A stretch of 64,000 nt of DNA from Octopus sinensis (GCF_006345805.1 NC_043003.1:104718001-104782000); one strand, 5' to 3'. Positions 39,238-53,527 are shown, numbered from the stretch's first letter. The notes: a model not told the origin generated them from the sequence alone. Numbers and translations are program-made.

Positions 39238-39292
<55 letters not shown>

Positions 39293-39379
39293 CACATATA
39301 TATATATACATATATATATATATGTATATATATATATATGTTATATATATATATATGTATGTATATATATATATATATA

Positions 39380-39432
<53 letters not shown>
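38630..39432. repeat. Long degenerate (TA)n/(TATG)n microsatellite
   Basis: Directly visible. Similar shorter tracts at 28-98 (CA), 35800-36090, 45705-45862, 47655-47748, 52670-52768 and many others. Confidence 0.97.
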
Positions 39433-39433
<1 letters not shown>

Positions 39434-40805
39434 TTTGTTTCTGTTACTTTTTTATTACTTTTTTGTTTCCATCATTGCATATTAAAAGAAAATATTTTAA
39501 AAAATTCAATGAAAACAGTTTTTTTGTTTGTTTATTATCATTTCTAGATTCTTTCCTTAACCCCATATTTTGTGAGAGCTAATTGTTTTTTTTTTTTTTC
39601 AGTTATTTTGTATGTTAAGTTTTAGATGCAGTTGAGAGAGAGAGAGAGAGAGAAAGTTGTGGAGTTTAAATCTAAATGAGAGAACTGTTAAGACATAGGT
39701 GTTAATTTGCTTTCTGTTGACTTTGAACTAAAAATTTTGAAAATTTCCACTTAATTTTGAGGTCCATATGTTAGCTGAAGACTGCAAAATGAATGCTGTG
39801 TATGTCATTGCATTCGTGTGATGTTTTATGTTCTATCTTCCTATCATGTGAAAGATGAATAGCATAAGGTAGGCTTACAAAACAAGAACCTGTTAAGGAT
39901 AACTACATTAGCTATCGCTGGTGATGATCATAGGTAGAAAAGACAAGTACTTGAAGCTACCTTGGGTTGGGTAATGAATTGAACAACACATTGTTGTGTT
40001 CAGAAGAAGACTTTGATGGTAGCAATGAAAAATGACTCTAAGTCTATGCACAAGCACAGACAGGTTACATAAATGACTGGGTCATATCTGAAATAGCATT
40101 GATATTACTATTAATAGGCTACAGCAATAGAAAAGTTAGTACAACAGATGGGTTAAAGCAACTGTAGGAATACTTATCACAGTTTTACTCAGATGATTAG
40201 GTCTTTACCAAAGGCCAAAGTAAATAACTGTTTTAGAAGGGACAGCATGTCAGAATAAGTTCAGAGACCGGTGTTAAACTGGCAGTAGAGAACCAAGTCT
40301 AAAATTTATGTCCAAATTCTAAAAGTTTCTTTCGTTTTCAAAATTCTTTTGTCCACCTTCACTTGGTAGCTGTTTTCCTACTCCATCAACATCATCATAT
40401 CTTTAAAAATATTCCCCCCAATACTAATTAGAAGGTAAGCCATAACAATAATTTTTATTATACATAATCCACTTAGGATTTTAATCCAGACACTCTTAAC
40501 ACAGCCACAAATGTAATCCCTAACTCCATAACAGTTGTGTTGCCCCCTTGTATTAGTGTTGAATCATTGTTTCTCTTTTGTTCTGTATTTGCCCCATATA
40601 GACTGGACTGGTTTTGTTGCTGTAACCTCAAAACAGAGTTAGCAACAGTACCACTACTGACTTAGTTAGTTCTTGTCATTATCAGTAAAAAAAAAAGACT
40701 ATCATTGGTAAATCTGCAATAAATAAAAGAAAATACAAGATTTTGTTGTTCTGTAGAGTTTTATAGAGATTTTCACATACACAGAGTGTTAGTGCATGAG
40801 ATTTG

Positions 40806-40860
<55 letters not shown>

Positions 40861-40884
40861 ATAAATGTATATATGTTCTTTTAT

Positions 40885-41250
40885 TGTTTTATTTGTTTCA
40901 ATCATTTGACTGCGGCCATGCTGGAGCACTGGGTTTGAAGGGTTTATGTTGAACAAATTGAACCCGGAACTTTTTTTAAGCCTAGTACTTATTCGATTGG
41001 TCTCTTTTACTGAACTGCTAAGTTACATGGATGTAAACACACCAACACCAGTTGTCAAGTGGTGATGGAAGGAGTAACACAAAGATACACACACACACAT
41101 ATATATATTTGCATATGACAGGCTTCTTTCAGTTTCCATCTCACAAGGCTTTGGTCGACGATTCTATAGTAGAACACCTTTGCCCAAGGTACCATGTAGT
41201 GGGATTGAACCTGGACAACCATGCCTGCACCTACATATGTATTTGGATAG

Positions 41251-41281
<31 letters not shown>

Positions 41282-41301
41282 TTTATATACATATATATAT
41301 A

Positions 41302-41350
<49 letters not shown>

Positions 41351-41540
41351 TCTCTTTTACTTGTTTCAGTCATTTGACTGCAGCCATGCTGGAGCACCGC
41401 CTTTTAGTTTTATTCTTTGTCAGCCTAGTACTTATTCTTTCAGTGTCTTTTTGCTGAACCACTAAGTTACAGGGACATAAACACACCGACGTTGGTTGTC
41501 AAGTGATGGGGTGGGTGGGGGAACATAGACACACAAATAC

Positions 41541-41586
<46 letters not shown>

Positions 41587-41720
41587 GACAGGCTTCTTGT
41601 AGTTTCTATCTACCAAATCTACTCACAAAGCTTTGGTCAGCTTGAGGTACCACTCAGTGGGACTGAACCTGAAACCATGTTGTTGGGAAGCAAGCTTCTT
41701 ACCACACAACCACTCCTGTG
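40885..41720 (-). mobile_element. Two adjacent older SINE family B copies (about 40885-41230, 41347-41720)
   Basis: Family B tail and body motifs. Further copies or fragments at about 950-1058, 5396-5520, 9497-9592, 16775-16890, 31818-31965, 46585-46990, 59438-59495. Confidence 0.8.
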
Positions 41721-44700
41721 CATATATATGTGTGTGTATATATATATATATGTATGTATGTATAAATTCATATAAATAAGGACTTGATCATTATTTAAAA
41801 TACTCATCATATGATGTGGCTATCATGGGAATAAAAACCTCATAGGTAATAATTATTATTAAAATTATGATTAAGGGTATCTGAAAGAAACCACCATGCT
41901 AGATATAGCAGCCAAAACTTGACTCTAAAACCACATTAAATGTTCATACAGCACCATTAAATGTGCTGTATGAACATTTTAATGTGGTTTTATACATATA
42001 TAGGGAGAGTTTACCAAAAAGACGAAGACAGGTGGTGTACAAAACAAACAGATGTATTAATAAAATGCTCAGGAATAGAAAAAATCTTTTACATTTCGAG
42101 CCTTCGCTCTTCTACAGAAAGGGACACAGAAAAAACAAGGAGAAAAAAATGTGTGTAGAGCACTGTCTCGCTCCAGTGTCTGCTTTGGTATAGTTTCTAT
42201 AATTGCTTGTCCTTCCTAATGCCAACCACTTTATAGGGTGTATATACATACGCACACATATATATTATCATCATCATCAACATTTAGCATCTGTTTTCTG
42301 TTATGGCATGGGTTGGATGATTTGAGAGGCACTGGTGAGGCCAGGGGCTGCACCAGGCTCCAATTATCTGCTCTGGCTTGGTTTCTATAGCTGGATACCC
42401 TTCCTAATGCCAATCACTTTACAGAGTGTACTGGGTGCTCTTTATGTGACAACAGCACCCACACCAATGCTTTTCATGTGGCACCTTGGTTTTAAGATAT
42501 CATTCTGTTGTGGTGGGCAGGTCTTCTTGAGTACAGCAATGTGCCACACACTTCGGTCCTCTGTCTTCTTCATAAAGCTCAACATTATGAGATCAGCCTT
42601 CAATACTTCATCCCATCTCTTCCTGGATCTACCCCTTCCACAAATTCCCTCCACTTTTAAGTGATTGGTAACCTTGTACTTATTCTATGTGAATTATGTC
42701 CCTTTTGTGATGAAGGACAACCTAGCCAATTGACAAATAGAGTTTGATAAAATAAGTCATAGATTAAGCTTTATGGTCTCTATTACTGACAAAATGTCTT
42801 TGAGATCATATCCTAGCATTGTTGCAGTCCAAAGGCAGCAACCAGTAAAGGAATATGTATACACAAATATATATTGATATATACACATACACCTTCTATG
42901 TAGATATCCCATTTGTGTTGAAATCTCTCTCTCTCTCTCTCTCATAACAAACCCTTATGTTACCATATTTCTGTTGAAATACATACCCCTTTTCCTTATC
43001 AAGTAGGTGTATTGAACGTAAATTAACATGAGATTTTAATTTAAATCAATTTGAAATAGGAAGTTTGTATCAAGAAAATAGAGGTGGTCCCAGACAGGTT
43101 AGGAGAAAAGGGGTAAATTATAGTTTTTTTTTGTTATAATTAGAATGATGGATGGGTAGTGCAAACAGACAAAATACCTTGTGGAATTATACATTCCAAG
43201 TTCAAATTCTGCCATTTGATACCTGTCATTTGATAAAGGTCAATTTAATTAACTGCACCTGTTTCAAAACTTGTGGCCTTGTGCCAATATTAGAAACCAA
43301 TATTTTCTATAAATTCTTGGTGTTTTATTTGTGTGTGTGTGTGTGTGTATTATACTACAAACTTAATGAAACACTTTCAATAAATGTGCTTCATATATTT
43401 GGGGTAAATGATTACATCAGGGTTGTTGTTTTTTCACCCTGAATTCACATTAAGAAATGTTCCTCCTTTGCTCTAAAGCCAATTTCATTGCCATTTTAGT
43501 TGAGCCTCCCATGATGACAAATAAAAATTTATTGTAAATATTAAAAGAATCTGGAATCACACTTTACCATTATGTGGTGTAGACATTTATGTAAATACAG
43601 ATGTTTTTGTGTGTGTTTACAAAAAACAAAATAAATTACAGGGTTGATTTGCTGCTATGAATAAAAATTCCAGTGTTTCAGATATTTCGTCCTTCTTCAG
43701 AGAAAGAATACAAAAGCTAATGCTATTTTCAGAGAATGGAAAACTAAAACAGTAATGTGGAGTGTTAGGTGTAGGAAGAGGGATAAAAGAACAGTATGAG
43801 TTGTGTGGGAAAGAATGATGGGGGTAGTGAAGGCCAAGTGAAGTGAATTAAGGGAAAAGGTAGAGTGATTGACCAAAAAGACATATAGAATAAAGCAGGC
43901 ACACACGCACAAAGAGATGGGGCAAAGGGAACGTGCACAAATTATCTGTTGAGCAGTAGGAGTTATATATAAAAAATAGAACTTCAGTATATATTGGAAT
44001 GCAAGAAAATACAAGACAGAAATAAAAATAGGACACTGTCTACAAGAACAACACTTATACCTCACTGCATATGTGTGTAAAAATAATATAACCAGACACA
44101 AACTTCACCAAATTGCTGGTCATCTGTGATCACTCTCATCACATTAGTACATTCTTTAATCACTTTGCCGTGGAACTTGCCCTCATCTTTGATGCTAAGT
44201 GTTTGCTTCTTGGCAGGAATGTCCATCATATTTCATATGTATAGTAGATGAAATTCAGATGTGCTGAGACCAAACATTTTCTTTAACAGAGGCAGTTGAT
44301 GGCTTTCATCTACTACAACAGGGCACTATTTCACAAACCTCAAATGTTTCAACTGGACATTTACTTTAGAACTGTATTATTCTTTTAACCTGTTCTTATA
44401 AATATCACCATGATCTTTGATAATTCCTATTTCTATAGGAGACTGGCTTGAATACATGATTATCTGGATGGCCTATAAAGAGAGAGTTGTAGGGGATCAA
44501 TGTGCTGATATTTAATAGGGAAGAAGCCCTCTGTAAAATTAGGACCACTGGTTCTACAAGAAGCTTCCCAGATATAAGTTTTCTTGCCTACTAAAACTTA
44601 ATCTCTACCACAGTTTACAAATGCATCTCCTCTTCTTTACTTTCTCTTATGGCCACCAACTTTGTCCTCAAAACTCTCTTCAGTTCTATTTACTACCCCA

Positions 44701-45705
44701 AACTCCCAAGCCCAGCACTACCGGTCATCTCATCATGTGTGCTTGAAGCTACTCCAACCAACTTATTTTCCCTTTTGTTACTACTCTCCCATCTTTTATT
44801 AAGGATGTTCTTCTCTGAAGAAGGACAAGTATCTGAAAATCAAATTTCTTATGAAATTACTTTTATCAGTACATACCGTGAACAGTTTGTGGTCAATATT
44901 GACAAAAAAGAGAAACCATTGAATTTATGATTCTCCAATATGTGTGTGTGTGTTTATTTGTGTAAAATAAACAGGGATTACATAGCTGAATCATAAAGGA
45001 GGAGTTCAGTTGACCATTCATGAAACAAGTTGGAATGATTGTTAAAAATGTAATTCTTCAGTTGGTATGCAATAAGTGGAAAGTCATCTTTGGAATTCCC
45101 AAGGAAGAATTTGTGTTTGTGCATACATTGACAGAATTCGTAGGTACGCTTGTGTGTGTGTGTCAGTAATATATGGGTGTATATGTAGGTGTGTGTATAT
45201 GCAGATACATGTCTATGGTATACTTGGCTGCTAACACTATAAGTCAATGAACAGGTATTTCAGTAGATGGAATAACTAGAATACTCATTCATTGAATCCA
45301 AGGGAAACCCAATAAATATTTATGTAGGTGTGTGTGTGTGTGTATATATATATATATTCATGTGTGTGTGTAGACACACACATACATCATATCGATATGG
45401 GATCGATTTCAAAAGAAACTGATCCTTACATAAGTTTTCTGTTGACATATTCTCTGTATGTAATTCAAAGTAGATATATCTATTAAATTCTTCTATGTCT
45501 GACCTGTACACATCTTATGCATTGCAGACAAATATCTTTATAAATTTGTCAGTGCAGTCTGATACCTAATATCTCTTAAAATAAATGAAATGTATAGAAA
45601 TAAATAGTTTCACATTTGTCTGCCAGAATATTCAGTGACATTGAGTTTTGGAGGTTTTTTTCCAGTTTCAAAGTAGCAGAATTTTATATGATAAAGACCT
45701 CTGTA

Positions 45706-45768
<63 letters not shown>

Positions 45769-45788
45769 ATGTATATATATATATATGC

Positions 45789-45846
<58 letters not shown>

Positions 45847-46753
45847 CATATATATACATATATAAAATAGTGTACATTTAAACACAAGAGAAAACTGCCT
45901 TCAACAGGCAGTTTTTACACGCTAGAAGAAGTAGTCAAAACGACCAAAACCACTTTTAAGAGCAATCTTCAAAAGGAATGAAAAATAAAAGCTTTTACCT
46001 CGTTATTTTTTATTTCGGTCAGACCTAGATTTCTAAATTCTTTTAGCAAGTAAAATAATTTGCTATGCAAATTTTTCATCAGTGACAGCACCATAACACT
46101 AACATATAATTAAGAGATGATTAACACATGTCTCTTCATTATCATCATCATCATCATCATCATCATTTAGCGTCCGTTTTCCATGCTAGCATGGGTTGGA
46201 CGGTTCTACTGGGGTCTGTGAAGCCAGAAGGCTTCATCAGGCCCAGTCAAATCTGGCAGTGTTTCTACGGCTGGATGCCCTTCCTAACACCAACCACTCC
46301 GTGAGTGTAGTGGGTGCTTTTTACGTGCCACCCGCATTTACATTATAATTTTTCAAATTGACTGCACAAGCGCAGTTTCAGTCCTTACTAAGTGTATAAC
46401 TGCCAAACTAATCTTTTAAAAATTGCTAAAAACATATACATAAAATATATATAGGGTAGTGAATATTTTTAGAAATTTCACTACCGGTGACCTAGCATGT
46501 ATAAAAAGTCAATAGACAACATATTCTCAATATAAAATAGTGTACATTTAAACACAAGAGATATATACATAAATATATTCTTTCTTTTCCTTCTTTTATT
46601 TGTTATAGTCATTGACTGTGGCCATGCTGGAGCACCGCCTTTAGCTGAGCAAATTGACCCCAGAACTTATTCTTTGTAAGCCTAGTACTTCTTCTGTGAT
46701 CTCTTTTGCTGAACTGCTAAATTATGGGGACCAGCATTGGTTGTCAAGCAATG

Positions 46754-46796
<43 letters not shown>

Positions 46797-46800
46797 CACG

Positions 46801-46847
<47 letters not shown>

Positions 46848-47948
46848 CGGGCTTATTTCAGTTTCCATCTACCAAATCCACTCACAACGCTTTGGTAGCC
46901 CCAAAGCTATAGTAGAAGACACTTGCCCAAGGTGCCACGCAGTGGGACTGAAAATGGAACCATGTGGTTGGTAAGCAAGCTACTTACGATACTTACATAC
47001 ATACATATATATATAAATATATGTATATACATAGATATATATATATATATATATGTATATACATAGATATATACATACATATATATATATATATATACAT
47101 ACACATACATATACATATGTATCGCACTGTCCCCTACCCATCTCTCCTCCTTGCACGTGACCAGTGTCCGGTCAGCCATGATCTTTCTTTCTTGGCCTGA
47201 CTGCCAACTGTCAACACATCTTGTGTCCATCTTCTATGTTCCTGCCTTTAGGCTCTCACTTCATACATGCCAGTTCAATTTGAATCATTCTCAGTCGAAA
47301 GATGCCTGTTGTTATTTCTTGTTGTATTCGTAATTGTGTACCTTATTCTCTGGATTTTTTGTTTGTCTGTTTGTTTGTTTTCATCTTTATTGCTGTACAC
47401 ATTCGCTAGCTTTCTTACAAAGGGGTCTAATGCTCTTAGAGTAGACTTTTGTGGGAACAACCAGATCAAACCATCTCAAGTGTAACTGTCCGAAATGGTC
47501 ATGACTTCTGGTGTTTGATTGATGAAAGAAAACCAAGAATGACCCGTCTTCTTTTTCCTGCCCTTTTAATTGTTGTTTCTCTTGTCTGCTTTTGTATTGT
47601 CTCTCTGTCCAAACGTTTTAACGCCCTTTATTCTATTTTTGTTCCATTTTAATATCTATATATATATACATATATATATATATTTTCATATATATATATA
47701 TGTATGTATGTATATATATATATATATATATAATATATATATATATATGGTACAAAGTGAGATAGGGGTTATGAAAGTAACCCACTATGGATTATCAGTT
47801 ATCCAATATACTGGGATATCATTTATCCAATATACCGCTGGTAAGGTACCCAAATACTAAATACATAAATTCTTATAATTGTAATGCAATTAATTCATTT
47901 ATTGTACTGAATGGGTGAAGGTAAAAAATATTTTACCGTAAATTCATA

Positions 47949-48130
47949 ATACAAATAAGAAAATGGCGGAACAAATTCATTTTGATCATCAACTTACGGA
48001 TATTACAATTTCACATTATTTATTAATTATACGAATAGGAACATGTATTTGTATAATTAATAAATAATGTGAAATTGTAATATCCATAAGTTGATGATCG
48101 AAATGAATTTGTTCCTCCATTTTCTTATTA

Positions 48131-48134
<4 letters not shown>
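47949..48134. repeat. Long hairpin: 84-bp arms, 18-nt loop
   Basis: 47949-48032 is the reverse complement of 48051-48134 with 4 mismatches. Confidence 0.9.
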
Positions 48135-48186
<52 letters not shown>

Positions 48187-48284
48187 CAAGAAATAATTTT
48201 TGCCTCTTTATGAAAACAAAAAAGTTTATAAGACTGCAAAAAAGAAGTTCTCAAATGAGATTGAGACAAAAAACAAAAAACATT

Positions 48285-49250
48285 AATTTGAGTCAATATA
48301 ACACCATGCTTCCATACATTTGATCATCTATAGATATTATCATGGATTTTAGCATATACAGAATAAACACAGAAGGTAAAAAAATTTTTTTTTTCACTTC
48401 CCTCTATTAAAAGTATGTCAGAAAAAGTTCATTTAATAAAAACTATGGTAGGCTGGGGTCCAGAAGTGCAAGAGAGTTCCACAAAAATCAAGTCAAACAC
48501 ATCTATGGCCATTTCGGGAGTTTGTTGCCGCTGTTCGATTATGAGTTAAGACGCGTTTTGGCAATGACCCCCTCATCAGGATGAACTGAAATCTCAACAA
48601 TTAATTGTTCACGGGAGTTAAAAATCAGAAACATACCTAATTTAAAGATAATAATCTATCATAGGACCAGTCCAAATTTTCTAACACATACGCACACACA
48701 AAAAAAAAATCATTTTATTTCATTGCTAAACATGTAGGTGGCTGCTAATCATAGGAATTTTTACTATCCAGTTTCAAAACCCAGTAAAACTAAATACTAT
48801 TTACCACATCTAGTTTTACATACTATATACTTGTAGAAACGTAGAAGAAAACTTGTGGTTGCAATAAGGGATCACCAAATTTATTTAATGTTTTAGGCTC
48901 AAAGGACCTAAAGATGGCAAGTGATTCCTTTATACACAACTTACACTTAATATTATCTCTAAAATAAGGACCCCCCAAGATAACAGACCATTCAAAAGAG
49001 TAACTTTTTTTATTCTTCTTTAAGCTATGTATATAAGGGGCAAGTGTGGTGGAGTAACAATATTTTTCAATCGAAAACAAATTCATGTCAATTTAGTTGA
49101 TTGTATAGGCCGTTCTATATATTTGTATTTTTATTGCATATATATTTCTTTACCTTCTGTGTTTTTATATATGTATTCTTTATATGTTAAAGGCCATAGT
49201 AATATTTATTTATGATCAAATGTATGGAAGCTTGGTGTTGACTCGAATTT
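48285..49250 (-). mobile_element. Penelope-like element relic (GIY-YIG C-terminal part, hammerhead-like motif, inverted terminal segment)
   Basis: ORF 48823-49086 HSLK...FEWSVI...KCKLCIKESLAI...TLNK resembles the end of PLE endonucleases. About 40-bp inverted repeat 48285-48328 / 49212-49250. Confidence 0.65.
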
Positions 49251-49494
49251 GATGTTTGTTCTCTAATCAATGTTATATATTATATATGTTATATCTATCA
49301 GTTGCCATGATAGATCGTTAGCCACTACACACATTTTTTTCTCTCCTTGTTTTTTCTGTGTCCCTTTCTGTAGAAGAGCGTAGGCTCAAAACGTAAAAGA
49401 CTTTTTCTATTCCCGAGCGTTATACTAATACATCTGTTTGTTTTGTACACCACCTGTCTTCGTCTTTTGTTTTATTCGTAAACTCTCCCTCCCC

Positions 49495-49551
<57 letters not shown>

Positions 49552-49713
49552 ATATATATACATACATACATACATACATGCATATATGAAAATAATAGTT
49601 AAGTCTGTTTCTGTTTTTTTAATATAACAATGTCAATATTTAATTTTTGATATATTGTTTTGATGACTATTGACTTAGTATGTGTGTGTATATGTATTTG
49701 CATATATATATGC

Positions 49714-49757
<44 letters not shown>

Positions 49758-50385
49758 GCGTGTGTATATATGTTCATGTGTGTGTGTATATATTTATATA
49801 TATATACTAACACACACACATGTATATATGCAATATATATATATATTTAATGTGTGGTCTGTAGTTGGTATACATTATGCAATTTTAGCCAATAGCCCAT
49901 TGCTTTCTAACTTAGCTCAGACTTTAGTGGAGTAACTTTAAAACACTTTCTAGTATCTCTGCTCTACAGAATCTTTATCTGCTTTTGAAATAGATTTACA
50001 AGTAAAAAGGTTAAGTGGATGGATATATGTTAAGGGTGACAGCCCACCCGGTTCAACAATATCCCAATCCAATCATTTGGAAATTATGGCCTTTAAAATT
50101 TTTTTATATATATACATATATATGTGCGTATGTAATGAATAAATGTGACTGAAAAACCAATCCTTCCTTTGTCAGCTTAAATTAAAACACCATTATAATT
50201 TTCTTTCTCATCGAATGTAAATCCATTTTCACTATTTCACTTTTCGAGCATTAGTGTTTCTGAAAACTAGATCTTTACATTTTCTTCTCTTATAATTTTC
50301 AGGTTTGTGTTTCTTTCTTGTTTTCTTCTTTTACAGTAAAACAAAAGATTTTTCATTCAACTATTTACTAAATGTTAAATGGTTT

Positions 50386-50439
<54 letters not shown>

Positions 50440-50657
50440 TTTTTTTTTTACTTATATTATATTTATCATTCATTTTATACTTTTTGAAAATATATATATA
50501 TATATTATATATTATATCAATTATATATATTATTTATTATTTATGTATTGGTTTATGTCTGCCACTGTTTGAGTTGCATAATAGTGGTTTTATCTCTAAT
50601 TCATATTTTATATATATGTGTGTGTGTGTGTGTGTGTATGTGTGTGCGTGTGTGTGT

Positions 50658-50690
<33 letters not shown>

Positions 50691-50724
50691 AGTGTGTGTA
50701 TACACACACACACACATATATATA

Positions 50725-52673
50725 CACACTATGTTTCCTTTTATTATGCAGGTCAATCATTCCTCAATAAAATCAAAACCCCTTGTTTGATTTTCTTGAA
50801 ATGTTTACAGAATATGTAGGATCATGTATTCCATATCTCTTGTACTATTCCTCTAAATTGGTGTACATTTAAAGTGGAAATGAAAAACTCGTTTATAGGG
50901 TGTTTATTTTTATTATGCAAATTAACAAATATCATATAAACATGTAATGGGATTTACATATAGAATAATACATAAGCAGACCATTAATATATTTGTATAT
51001 CTTCCACCAGATAATCATATTTACAAAGAATTATGTATATATTTTACATCTTTATATAGGGTTAGAGTTAGGGTTAGGGTTAGAGTTAGGGTTAGGGTTT
51101 ACCATCTATAAATATTCTCTCATCAACTGATTTTGCGTATTTTTCAACAATCATCATCATCATCATCATCATCATTTAGCGTCCGCTTTCCATGCTAGCA
51201 TGGGTTGGACGGGTCAACTGGGGTCTGTGAAGCTGGAAGGCTTCGTCAGGCCCAGTCAGATCTGGCAGTGTTTCTACGGCTGGATGCCCTTCCTAACGCC
51301 AACCACTCCGCGAGTGTAGTGGGTGTTTTTTACGTGCCACCTGCACAGGTGTCAGACAGAGCTGGCAAACGGCCACGAACGGATGGTGCTTTTACGTGTC
51401 ACCGGCACGGGGCCAGGCGATGCTGGCAACGGACACAAACGGATGGTGCTTTTACGTGCCACCGACACGGGGCCAGACAGAGCTGGCAAACGGCCACGAA
51501 CGGACGGTGCTTTTACGTGTCTTCTTTCAACAGTTTATACTGCTTCCCATAGTAAAACGTTATTTGGATATTGTTTACCATTAGAATATACATCTTTTTT
51601 AATAATTGACCACAAATTCTCTATTGGGCTTAGATCTGGAGATTGGGTGGGGCTGGGGGCATTTCATTATCTCATGTTCTTTCAAACCGTTCTTAGCTAA
51701 ATGGTTAATAGTGAGTGTGAACGAGCATTATCATGCATAAATATGTTCTTTAACTTGAAACTTCACAATGTTGACTTGTGCCAATGGAAGAAGTTATCTA
51801 GAAACTTGTAATAATTTTCAGCACTTATTTTGATTCCATCAGCAACCTTAAATGGACCTATAATATCTCCTCCAACTATACCAGCCCAACACATGAGTCC
51901 CCCGCCACCCTGCTGTCTTCTTAATCATGTTGGTTGACTTTTACATGTAACACCCAGACTCTAGCCAATCCATCAGGTTCACCTAATGTTGCTGGGCACC
52001 TGTCAGTAAAAATTACATTAGTAAAGTCTGTCTTCACATATCTTTTTGCCCATGTCACTCTTTCTTCTTTGTGTACTTTAAAGGAGGCAATTTTGTGAAA
52101 TTTATGACTGCCTATTTCTTTCAGTATTGTACAATGTTTTTTTCCTTTGTTAGAGAGTCTTGCTTCTTCTAAGATTTGTTTGCTGGTTAACCCACTTTTC
52201 TTGCACATAATTCTTTTCAGTTTTCTCTTATCTCTGTTTGTGACGTTCTTGAAATCAGTTTTCTACCTTATACTTAATCTCCCAATGTTTTGTACCTGTT
52301 TTTTATTGTTCTGTAATCTCAATTTAGCTTTTTAGAAATTACAATTCTATCCTCTTCTCCCAGTAGTTTCACTATTTCTTTCTTCTCCTTTGATGTTATA
52401 TCTGTAGTTTGACCCATTTCTATATCTCCTGTGTCTGAAATTAAGAAAAAAACATTTCAAAATCACATATCAAGATGGGGAAAAGCAGTATCTTGTTAAC
52501 TATAATAAAACCCTATAAACGTGTTTTTCCTCATTTCTGATTTAGATGAAAAGTACACAAGACAGGGTATACATAATCCTACACATCCTGTAAAACTTTA
52601 AAGAAAATCGGACAAGGGATTTTGATTTTATTGACAAATGATTGACCCACATAATAAAAGGAAACATAGTGTG
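50725..52673 (-). mobile_element. Tc1-family DNA transposon with about 170-bp TIRs, decayed transposase
   Basis: TIRs CACTATGTTTCCTTTTATTATG... at both ends. Transposase remnants VIFTD, RQQGGGGLMCWAGI, FMHDNARSH, SPDLSPIENLW. Carries an RTE insert and a TTAGGG tract. Confidence 0.88.
51057..51097 (+). repeat. Short interstitial telomeric repeat
   Basis: TAGGG(TTAGAG TTAGGG TTAGGG)x2. Confidence 0.85.
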
Positions 52674-52683
52674 TGTGTGTGTG

Positions 52684-52770
<87 letters not shown>

Positions 52771-53141
52771 AACAATTACAAAAAGTATGGAGACTGGTAC
52801 ATCTTAAAATTTCTGTTAATTACAGTGGGTTATACAGACAGCATAAGTAGTTGGTTCAAATGACAAACATGTATTACTCAACTTTATATATATATATATA
52901 TATAATTGCAGTGTAAAAGGTAAAAGGTGTTTATAAGCCATTTAAAGAGATGCAGCATGGAATTTTGTCAGTGAACAGGTCGCTGTCTCAAAGCAACAAA
53001 AATATTTTGGCAAATTAAATTTAAATGTTGAAGTGATTCTAACGGTTTTTAAATGGCTTATAAAAACCTTCCATGCTGCAATTGTTTTTGTTTCAACACA
53101 CAATCTCAAATCAGGTCACTTGCTATGCAAGTACGTCTCCG

Positions 53142-53229
<88 letters not shown>

Positions 53230-53254
53230 AAGAGAGAGAGAGAAGTAAGAAGTA

Positions 53255-53462
53255 CAGTTGTCACTAAAGTGACAAAGAGTACTAGTAAGTACCAGCATTG
53301 CTAAAAATAAGAGTCAAAACAATTCTTAGCCATGTGAGAGCACTTTTCTACTGGTTGAAAAGCTGTTAGAAAGGTACTCTCACATGGCTAGGAGTTGTTT
53401 TGACTCTTATTTCTAGCAATGCTGGTGCTTACTAGCCCCCTCCATTACTTTAGTGACAACTG
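53255..53462. mobile_element. Tc1/mariner-type palindromic MITE
   Basis: TA|CAGTTGTCACTAAAGT ... ACTTTAGTGACAACTG|TA. Almost the whole 208 bp is self-complementary. Confidence 0.85.
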
Positions 53463-53527
53463 TAATTCTTGCCTAACAGTTCTAAATTGCAAATAGCCAC
53501 ATTAATAATATATATATGTATATATGT

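Noticed and set aside
38614-39582. Long Ile/Tyr-rich ORFs (also 2639-3097, 35697-36108 and others)
   Set aside because: Translations of (TA)n/(TG)n microsatellites
42950-43117. Second piggyBac-like MITE
   Set aside because: Ends resemble CCCTT..GTTAC / AAAGGG but TTAA TSDs and the right TIR are too decayed to support
44150-44640. Penelope endonuclease relic between two hammerhead-like motifs
   Set aside because: Only hints (an IGET-like stretch), no readable frame by eye. Needs tBLASTn.
51057-51097. Chromosome end or fusion site
   Set aside because: Only about 7 units, single orientation, and inside a Tc1 element
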